Assembly (NCBI GenBank): GCA_951804945.1
Contig: OX638166.1
Coordinates: forward strand, 38,750,001-38,814,000
Source: Podarcis cretensis
Lineage: Eukaryota
DNA length: 64,000 bases
Reading direction: 5' to 3'
The notes under the pieces were generated by a model. That model did no database searches and was not told where the DNA came from. It saw only the letters and a list, made by a program, of their open reading frames with translations. Below are positions 50,070-61,200 of this stretch, in pieces (within the stretch, counting starts at the first letter, position 1; the number at the start of each line of letters is the position of its first letter). Position numbers and translations under genes: made by a program.

Positions 50070-50308
50070 TGGTACCTCGGGTTACAGACACTTCAAGTTA
50101 CATACGCTTTAGGTTACAGACTCCTCTAACCCAGAAATAATACCTCGGGTTAAGAACTTTGCTTCAGGATGAGAACAGAAATAGTGCTCTGGTGGCACGG
50201 CAGCAGCAGGAGGCCCCATTAGCTAAAGTGGTGCTTCAGGTTAAGAACAGTTTCAGGTTAAGAACAGACCTCCGGAACGAATTAAGTTCTTAACCCAAGG
50301 TACTACTA
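50070..50308. mobile_element. Tc1/mariner-type MITE
   Basis: ggtacctcgggtta ... taacccaaggtact ends; inverted sister of 61227-61451. Confidence 0.7.
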
Positions 50309-51186
50309 TGTGTATTCACACAGCAGTAGATAACACAGCCCTGTATTAAACACTAGCAACTAGGAATTCAATGAAAGTGAGAGAACAGGCCTATGGAGGA
50401 GAGATGGAACACTCAGTACTCTCCGCACATGAGATAAATGCATCCAAGAGGGACAGAGCTCTCCATCCTTCCTGTCTGCCTCCCAGTAGGCTAGTAAACA
50501 TTTTTTGCAGGTGATTGGTAACACCTGCGGCTTTATTTACAAGGCTCAGAGGAATCTTATTTTAAATGCACCTTATTCTAGAGTGTAACAGTGCCATAAA
50601 ACATAATTAGTATCCCTAATTGCAAACTACTGCCATGTCCATAATTGCACAACAGTTCTGTTTTAACATACAGGTCACAGTTGGCCCTCCACATGTTCTA
50701 ACCCCTGCTAAATTCCACTTTCTGGGAATCACAAATGGGTAGAGTGCTGCTACACTCAGGTCCTGTTTCGGCCCTTCCCATATGTTTCTGGTTGCCCACT
50801 GTGAGAACAGGTTGCTTGGACTAGGTGAGCCAGGTCCAGCAGGCTTTTCCCATGTTCTTATGTTTCTGGGATTCCAGCTCCCATCAGCTCCAGCCAGTGC
50901 TGGGAACAGCAGCATCTTTGAAAGAGAGCTGCATTCAAGGATCAGAAGAGGTGACAGGAACACTGAACTAGAGTCTTAAGGCATGCTAGAATTCAAAGCA
51001 GGTCTCAAGAGTTCTATGGAGTTGATGTCACAGGTGAGTCTTTTGTGAGATTAAATGTTCCATCCCAGACAACCCATGTGCTGACTCCCTGCCTCAGTGG
51101 GGCCTGTGAATTACACTACCTCTTCTCACCTTCCCTATGAAGCACCTTCATGACCCCAAAGCCTCCCTCTGCCATAGAGAGGAAGG

Positions 51187-54100
51187 ATGGAGCTTCTCCT
51201 TGGGCTCTCTGCCCTTTTCCAGTTCTTTTTGTCCTCCTCCACCACCTGTAAGTGACCACAGTCAGAGCTAGCACACTTGAGTTCTGTTCCCCATGTTATG
51301 GGAAGCAGAAAGGCTTGTGCAACCCAGAAACTCTTTAGGATTAAGTGGTATAACTGAATGGGAGGTTTCAAGTACAGAACATTAGCCCCTGACAATGAAC
51401 TATGTATAAAGCTTATATTTTTAAAAAAGAAAAGGGTTCCATGTGGCGTTCATTTGCACAATCATTTGACTAACCTGTACCATATTGAGGGAGGGTGTGC
51501 AATACTGGTTTACATTAGAGGTTAACTTAAGAACTGGCCTGCAGTGTTGGTGAGCCATCAAAGACTCCTCCATTGGGGTTAACCACCACTCAATATCCAA
51601 AGCCCCAACTAAAGCATGTATTACACATTGTACCACAGTCAGGATGCAGGGAATAGGAGATCCTACAATAATAATAATAATAATAATTTATTTATACCCC
51701 GCCCATCTGGCTGGGCCTCCCCAGCCACTCTGGGCGGCTTCCATAGAAACCAAAAATACAGTAAAATCACACATTAAAAACTTCCCTGAACAGGGCTGCC
51801 TTAAGATGTCTTCTGAATGTCAGGTAGTTGTTTATCGCTTTGACATCTGCTGGAAGGGCGTTCCACAGGGCAGGCGCCACTACCGAGAAGGCCCTCTGCC
51901 TGGTTCCCTGTAGCTTTGCTTCTAGCAATGAGAATACAATATTCTACTGTTCCTCTGTAGTCTGTAGCATCCGGCATCCCTGGACGAATTGGGACAAGTC
52001 TCCCTCCCCAGAAGAGAGAGAAGCCCTGGAAGCACCATGGTTAGTGAACATATTTGGCAATGGCAAAAGGTGCCAAGGAGTTGTCCTGAGCAGCTGGTGG
52101 GTCCTGACAGCAGCCAACTGTTTCCTACTGATGTGAGTAATGTGAGAGATTGGAAGTGCTTTTCTCCTGATGGAGTGCTAGCTCTGGTCCTAAGATGGTT
52201 GGTTCTGAAATGAAACAGAGTGCCTGAACAATGAACAGGCTGTTGTGGAGTAAGGTCTCACCATTCAGGATCTGATAGCTATGGTTGATTATAAAATGAC
52301 CTTCCATGTTTGCCTTGCAGGCAGCCGAGCAATGTAGAATTCACTGGTGCCCATGGACGTTTCAGCACCAAGACAGTGAGCCAGTTCATTTCACACCGTG
52401 GTTTCAGTTCTTGGGATGCACCACCCAACAATGACCTGGGACTCATTCTGCTCGGCCAGCCAATTGATTTAAGGAAGCCAGACATATGGCCAGCTTGTGT
52501 CATTCGGAAAGAAAAACCCTATGACACACAAGAGGAATGTAGGATTATTGAGCGGAGACACGACGGTGAGTTTGGAGGTGCCCTGTCAAGGTCTGAGGGG
52601 GTTGTGCGGAAAGTGACCACAGCCCAGAGTCAAAGTCATAGGTACTAATAAGTCTGCAAGTTATTTAAAAAGACTAAGTGTATGTGTCACATCTGTTAGA
52701 ACCACTATACTCAACTAGTATGTATTTGGCCCATAGTTTAATATATTGAGAGTGTTGGGGTGATTATTACTCAGTTATATTATTGTATAATTATATTATT
52801 ATATAATTATATAAATTATATATCTTAGGGCTATGGAAACTTTAGAAAAAATATGGTCAGCGAAGGCTTAGAAGTTAGAGAAGGCTATGTAGGAGAATTT
52901 GATTTTTTTTAAAAAACGCATGCACACACACGCACGGCACTGAGACTGATCAGTGCTGGAGTGGATCCCTAGAGTTTGGCTAACAGGCCTTGCAGTTTAT
53001 AGTCATCTCTCCTTCTTCACAGGGTCCTTCAGATGGTCAGTGAAGGAGATCATTGTGCATACTTTGGTGACATCGGAATGTGCCAAGCAATGGCCTGACG
53101 TAGGCAAATCATGGAACTTGTGTGTTTCAAGAGAGGCGTCTAATGACACAAACTGCATGGTAATCCCTTATGAATGGATTCAGGGTTGATTGTGTGAATG
53201 GACACACACAAACACACACACACTTTACACCAACCCTAGTAAAGGTGTTGCGGCGCTCATCTCACTTTACTGGCCGAGGGAGCCGACATTTGTCCACAGA
53301 CAGTTTTTCTGGGTCATGTGGCCAGCATGACTAAGCCGCTTCTGGCGAAACCAGAGTAGCGCACAGAAATGCCCTTTACCTTCCCGCCAGAGCGGTACCT
53401 ATTTATCTACTTGCACTTTGACATGCTTTCGAACTGCTAGGTTGGCAGGAGCTAGACCTGGCCACAGAAAACTCTTCCCGTTGATCACGTTGGGGAGGAG
53501 GGATTGAACAATGGCCACTTGCACATCATTTTTTGTCCAGACCACATCTCCACAGCAGAGTATATGGGGTGCTTTCTGGTAATGGGGTGGATATGGGGTG
53601 ACTCACTCATCAACCCATCACAGCTCATTACCATTTGTATATAAATCCCACACAGGGAGACCAGATAATAGGGTGCACAGCATGTGTCTGTATTTCTCTG
53701 ACATCATGTTCTACACATAAGGCTCACAAAAGGGAACCTTGGTCATGGGAAACAGGTAGAAAGGGTACTTTGTACAGAGAAGAAGCCTCTTGTACAAAGC
53801 AACGTGTCTCCAGAACAACCCAGGAGTTTAAGCATTGCTAACATTTCTTCTCTTCCTGGATCCCTTGCCAGGTGCCTTTTCTCTAGCAAATGGGGCACCA
53901 GGACAGAGTACTTCACACAATGCTATTGTTGTTGTCATATCTCTTTACATTTTGGGGTCCTTGTTCAAAATTCAAAAAGGCAGCTCCATATGAGAAGGGC
54001 AGCACTTCCCTCATACTTCAGCAACGGCCAGCAAATTGTGATTCTGTATTCCAAACCAACTCTACCTCATCAGTTCTCTAGTGAGTGCCCATTCTATACT

Positions 54101-56299
54101 TCCCTTTTCTAGTCACCATTTTGTATATGTGGGAAGTTAGATCTGGTCTTATACTATTTGATAGGACCAATGTGATTAGAAAGGAACTACAGTCAGCAGA
54201 GGGGAAGGGAAGATTGGCCAAGGTTTGGAAATACCAGAATTCTAATGGGATTTTTTTTTTTAAAGTGTGAGTGTATAGGACACCAACAAACATTACCAGA
54301 AAGCACAAATAGTTATGTAGGAGAAATGAAGGGCGGGGATGAAAGGGACACCTTTTCTTCATTCTGGACACATCCTGTCATGTTTCACCTGCTGGTGCGG
54401 ACAGGAAACAGCACAATCAAACAAAATAATTGCCTCTTCATGCCAACTGCAGCATAGCTGAGGAGCTGGAAAAAAACTAACTGAGCTCCTATACTTCCCA
54501 AGAGGCAGCCTTTCTTACTGCTTTTAGTGGCACAGACCCTTTTTTTATCATCTGCTTTAGTTGTCTCATTCCATATCTGATTATCATGCTCTCTTTTCTG
54601 CTACAGGTGTCTGTAGGCAGTCCTGTGATTTGTCGTGACCCTGGCAGCGGGCACTGGGAGGTGATGGGTGTTGTGTCCCAGAGCTTACACGACTGCACAG
54701 CTCCTATCCTGGCTTCTCAGATTTTATCCCATTTGAAGTGGCTGAGTCAAGAAGGAGCACTTGGTCTGCAACTGAAAGATAGCGAGACCACTAATGGTGA
54801 ATTGTCTCCCCCAGCAATCACACCATTATATGCTCTGTCTGAAACAGAAGGAAAATTATCTTCAACAGCTGGAGAATCTGTAACATTCCCAACAGGCAGA
54901 GTATTCACATCAACAGCACAAACAACCACACAAGTCCCACAAGCGTCTATAACACCCCCAATTGTGGAACAAGAATCTGAAGCATCTGAAGCAGTTGGAC
55001 CTGTTGAACCATCAGAAGTAGCTTTGACAACCAACCCCCCACTGTTGGATTCTACCTTTACAAATGAACTCTCATCGCCAGAAGCTACAAAACCATTGAC
55101 TGTAATACCTACAGCTTCAGTGCACTCTACATCTGCACTCAATAGACTACAGTCAGTAGTCACAATAGTTGCAGCAGATAATCATGTAAATTTTACAACA
55201 TCCACAACAATTCAGAAAACATCCACAACAACACAGTCCCTCCCCAATATCACAACACCCCATGTAACACTTACAACTACCAGACACTCCCCATTTTTAT
55301 CATCTTCAACAACTGGACAGACATCTACAATGGCCAGAGAAACATCTTCTGTAATGTCTTCCACACTTGAACATCTATCTTCTGCAACATCTACAATAGC
55401 ACTAAAATTCACAACAGTGCAGAAGTCATCCACAACAGCAGGGCATTCGTCCACAACAACAGGGCAGTCGTCCACAACAGCAGGGCAGTCGTCCACAACA
55501 GCAGGGCAGTCGTCCACAACAACAGGGCATTCGCCCACAACAACAGGGCAGTCGTCCACAACAACAGGGCAGTCGTCCACAACAGCAGGACAGTCGTCCA
55601 CAACAACAGGGCAGTCGTCCACAACAGCAGGGCATTCGTCCACAACAACAGGGCAGTCGTCCACAACAACAGGGCATTCGCCCACAACAGCAGGGCATTC
55701 ATCCACAACAACAGGGCAGTCGTCCACAACAGCAGGGCATTCGTCCACAACAACAGGGCAGTCGTCCACAACAGCAGGGCATTCGTCCACAACAACAGGG
55801 CAGTCGCCCACAACAACAGGGCAGTCGTCCACAACAACAGGGCAGTCGTCCACAACAACAGGGCAGTCGTCCACAACATCCTCTACAACCAACCAAATAT
55901 CTGTAACATCCACAATACCCTCAACAGAAATGTCAGCTGTTGTACAACCACACATAATAATAATACCTGCTACCACTTCACAGCCACAAACGCCTCCTTC
56001 AACAGCCGTAGCATCCATACCAGACACTTACATCAACCAAGGTGCTCCTGTTCATATTGTTGTAGCTAGGCCACAGTTCCCCAAGAGTAAACGCGAGGAA
56101 GGCCCATCTCCTGGCCCTTCCCTAGCATTACTTGCCCCACCTAGTGTAACCATAATGCCCAACTTGCAACTCCCTGTACAGGTGACGCTGAAACAGTGTG
56201 AGATGGGATTGGCATGGGATGCCAACTCCCATACCTACCAACTTAACAAGATGGCAGTTCTTATGGATCGCAAATTTGGTGAGTACATGTACTCCCCAC

Positions 56300-56354
<55 letters not shown>

Positions 56355-58239
56355 GGGGGAGATCTGAGGAACTGTTATGTGTGTGCCACCAGTTGCTCCC
56401 TCATCATTCTGTCAGGAAATAGACTGTACTGGATAATATTACTTCAGACTTCTGTTAGATAAACTGAGAACTGAAGGCAAGCAAATTCATTTCTAATATG
56501 TTGGTCTTTCCGTTCAGGATGTGGGCTGCGGCCTGGTTTTGTGCCCAAATGCCCAAGCTGCTCTGAGGCTGAGTTGGGGGAATTTCCCTGGGTTGTTGCT
56601 CTCAAGCTGCCCATCCAGCATTTCTGTGCTGGCTCCATTCTCAACCCCTGGTGGATTTTAACCTCAGCCAACTGTGCCAACCTTATGTAAGTATCCTGTT
56701 ATTCAGGTTGATCTAGTTCAAGATGGGTGCATTGTCTTGGTCTCTCTCTCTCCCTCTCTCTCTCTCTCTGCATTTTCAATTTTACAGTACACCATACACA
56801 TTTTACCTTATACTATTTTTTTACAGACTTCCCAACCTAACCTTCAGTGACATTAACAGAATCTTAGTTTGCTGCATTTCCGTTGTTTTCTACACCTTAT
56901 TTTAATTCTACCAATTCCTTCGTTTTATTTTACTGTTGTTCAAACAGTTGATTGCAGGCCAGTTGTAATATCATTTCTTTTTAGGTACTCTCTGAAATAT
57001 TCCCACTCAGCCCTTGTCCTCTCTTCATCACAATCCCTTATTTTAGAAGTCATGCTTGCTAATTCTGCAAACTGTCAGTTTATCGAACAATTGCTTTTCT
57101 GTTCGAATAGCTTTGTCTTTCCAAATCTTTGCATACATAATTCTTGTAGCAACTGTGGCGTATAAAAATATGTTACACACCTTTTTTGGTAGCTCCTCTC
57201 CTATGATGGCTAGCTGGAAGGCTTCAGGTTTGGGGGGGGGGAAGGTGAATTTAAACATTTTTAAAAATTCTTCATAGACCATCTCCCAATATTTTTTGAT
57301 TGCTTGCAAGGCCACCACATATGTGTTAGGGATCCTTCCTCCTCTGAGCATATCCAACAGAGTTTAGAGCCCCTTTTGTACATTTTGATGAGTCTTGTGG
57401 GCATCAGGTACCACCTATACACAATTTTTAATATATTCTCCTTCATCTGATAACAAGCTGAAAAATTAATTTTTCGGTGCCATACATGGCATGGCAACAG
57501 CAGAAGGGAGGGGGGGGGACAGAATATTATAAATAAAATCACAGTGCTAGACCAAAACTCTAAAGATATAAGGAATGAATTTCAATGGTTTTACTCAAAA
57601 CTGTACATTTATCTGCCCTGAATCCTTCAACATTCAGCTTCCCTGGATGTCTCAAAGTTCTAGTGTTATGAAACACCATCCACTCTCTCCATTGTTTTAT
57701 TCATTTCTATCATGCCTCCTCCTACACATCTTTTTTTAAACTAAAAAGTCCCAAAAAGCTCCTATCAGCTTTCCTGATAGGAGAGTTGCTCCATCTCCTT
57801 GATGATTTTGGTTGCCCATTTCTGAACCTTTTCCAGCTCTACAATAAATACTCTTTTTGAGCTGTGGTGACCAGAACTGTACACAGTATTCCAAAGGTGT
57901 TTGCACTATGGCTTGAATAACTGCCTTGTGATATCAGCATTTTTATTTTCAAGTGGAATTTACCTTTCCACAGCTGCCACACATCTTCATCAAGCTATCC
58001 ACTATGACCCCTGGTTTCGTTACTGGTCAATCACCACCACTTTGGAGCCCATGAGCGTATAAGTCAAATGAAGTTGTTGTTGTTTGCCCATGTAGACATT
58101 TGCATTTTCCATTTTACTTTGAATTGCATTTGCCATTTTACTGCTGTTCACTCTTACAAAATATATTGCTGTCCCAAGCACCTGTTTGCTACCAGTATCG
58201 CATCCATTTTAAAAAGCTGAATTTTATGGTATTATTATT

Positions 58240-58281
<42 letters not shown>

Positions 58282-61200
58282 ATTTTATACTGCCCTTCTT
58301 CCTAGGATCACAGGGTGGTTGACTAGCATGCTAGAACAGTATGCATTTTTATCCTTCCCAGTGATTTCCAGACTTTTGCTGAGCTGTGCCTTAAAAAGTT
58401 ACCCAGCTACCACATTGGAACATGTATTCATCATTCTGTGCCCACTGAAGTAGGAAGTCCTTATGTAGCATTAATAACCTTCCCACCCCAAATATATGTC
58501 ATTTGTTTTACATGCTGTGCAGGTGTTATGGGGCCACAGAAGCACATTTTATTTGATTGCATTTTATATCAAGTTCACAGTTCATATAATAAAAGTTCAA
58601 ATAACAACAGTATCTACAATAGAGTGCTTAATACCTGCTTCTGCAACATGTTGCGTGTGGTTGCTGAAACTATTATGCTGCTGTATCTCTGTTTCAGAAA
58701 AAAATCAGAAGCTTTGGCCCTGGTGCAGGCTGGTCTAGTTGACATCTCCAAGGCAACGTACTCAGTGCAGACCCGCCAGTCTCTGACACACCCAAACTGG
58801 TTGGAGCACAGGGACCTTCACAACCTGGGCCTTTTGCAATTGGAGGAGCCACTGGAATTTGGTCCCTTTGTTGCACCTGTGTGTCTCTCAGACAAGGCAG
58901 ATGCAATAGGTGACTTCAGAAATTGTTGGCTACCAGGCTGGTCTGTGCTGGAAGGTGAGTGGTGCACTTGCTTCCTGCTTGTACACTGTGATCTGAATTG
59001 GCTCTCTTAAATGACCTTGTTGGTTCTTCCAGTCTCTGTGATTCTGTAAGCAAGATTGCATATCAGTTAGTAGTTAGGGTACCCAGAAAAGATACCCAAG
59101 AGAGATAAGTCTGTTTGGTTTTGTGCAGTGCCCTCTCATGAAATGATGCATGAAAGGTATAATGCCAGTGTTACATCACTCTTGCAGACAGCCAAAGAGC
59201 TGGCTTGCTGTTTCAGATAAGTCTGAGAACATCAACCTTCCACAGCTCATGTTCATGGACACTCCTGTCCATTGTCCACTCTCTATCCCAACATTCCTTT
59301 TCTTTTGCCCTGGTCTGGACTCTTCTCTTAATTCCTCTTGCCCACTTCAACTTCCAGCCCTCCTGTTCCCATCTGCTCACTTTCTTTATCCTACTATAGG
59401 GGTGGGGAACTTGCAGTACTCCAGTTGCTAAGGGACTCCAACTCCCACTGGCCTTAGCCAACATTGTCAAAGGTCATGTATGATGGGAGCTGTAGTCTGG
59501 CAACAGCTGGAAGGCGAAAGGATCCTCATCTCTGTGCCCTGCCATATCCTCTTGTGAGCCCTACTGGTGGTCATCACTGAGGGCCTGGAGATGGTTTTAT
59601 GCTGCCTAACTTGAGGGCAGATGGTGCTACCCCCATGTGTTCTCTCCCTGCTGTAGGAGGCCCTGCCGTGCTGCTGAGACATCCCTTAGACATCCTGAGC
59701 GTCACCAGCTGCGACCAGCTTGGAGAGCAGCTCTCCAATGCCATATTCTGTATCAAGGCTCAAATGGGCCGGGAAGGAGTCTGCACGGTGAGAGAGAGCT
59801 TGGGAGTAGATCATCATTATGACCCACCTCCACCGCTTTTTGACTCGGCGCTGATATCAGCTGGGTGTGGATTTAAAAAGTCAGTCTCCTTGCCCATTTG
59901 TTAAACTGAAGAGGTTAAAAGACATAATTCCTGCCTGCCACACATAGCTCTTTCGGGTGTACAACAGCACCTAGATATTGCATGTTCTCTGTCTCTGTCT
60001 CTCTGTCTCTCTCATACTGCTATCATGAATCCAGTAGATGGGTATTTACAAATTAGCTTGAGACATGGTTTGCATAGAGGCGGCATGTCAAAACAGGAGG
60101 TGCCGCCTTGCCCTGCCACTGCCGCCACCATACCTGCTGCCACCAGCAGCAATTTTGGGTGAGATATCACTGAAATTGCTCAAGATTGTGCATGTTCCAC
60201 AAGGTCTTGCAAAATTTCGGATGTCATTTCAGCCAAAATCGGCACCAATACTAGCGCCGTTTCTGTGCCAGCAGTGGGGCAGGTGGGGCACCTGCAGGGC
60301 TAAAGCCTTGGGGGCTCCTGCTGTTTGAGACAGCCACTGAGCCAGCTCTAGCATAAAGTGCCCCACAGAAAGGAGGTCAACTGCTGTTTGAAAGAGTGTA
60401 ATGGTTGGGAAACTTCTTTTGTACCTACTTCTCTTTCTCATTTTCTCTTCCTTCTCCCTCCTCCTGTCCAGGGTGATGTGGGCTCTCCGCTGATCTGCCC
60501 TGACCCCCAGGGTGGGGGCTGGCTTCAGCTGGGGGTGCTGAGCAGTTTTGATGAAGCCTGCTCTCGCCCCTATGTCTTCAGCAGTCTGCCCCACTACCTG
60601 CCCTGGCTGGAGAGGACCACAAAGGTTGCAGGGTATCGTTACAATCGCACAGTTCCTTGGAAACATCTGAGGCCTACAAAAAATCTTAGGCAGCTACAGA
60701 AACCAGAGAGTGAGTGATAGCTTGGAATTTCTCATGTGAGCTGCTTCAAAACACATGTCCCTTCTCCCCCAGGTCACTGTGGCCTGTACATAGGATGGCA
60801 CAATGCCTTCCAGAGCACCTCTGACAGGAATGGCATTCCATGTACATTTCCTGCTGTTTAGAGTTAGCCTCCCTCGCTCTGCTATTGTCCTCTCCCCCAC
60901 CACACACTGACCCAGCCTCTTTGCCCGCTTCAGCCCTGGCTGCATGGATCTCAGCACAAGTGTCCTTGCCCTGGCAAGTGCTCATCGCCACATGTGAGAA
61001 TCAGAGCTGCGGGGGCTCAATTCTGAACCGCTACTGGGTGTTGACTACAGCACAGTGTGTTCAACAGACGTAAGTGATGCCCCCATTCTCGTGGCCTCCT
61101 TCAGAATCAGTGTCAAATGGGAGAAGCATGGTGGGCCAACTTGGACCCACAGGCTAGAGGTTCTCTAGCCCTGTGTTAGGAGATTGGAGCCCATGCCCTT

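Noticed and set aside
55441-55881. CRISPR-like array
   Set aside because: Eukaryotic head-to-tail repeat with no unique spacers.
55212-56027. Minus-strand ORFs with striking repeats (PCCCGRL, VVDDCP, LLLWTTA)
   Set aside because: They are antisense shadows of the stop-free 21-bp minisatellite. The + frame is the one joined to spliced protease exons.
60773-60861. Possible extra exon beginning HCGL before domain 3
   Set aside because: It would need a 63-nt intron, has no convincing donor, and reaches TAG at 60859-60861.
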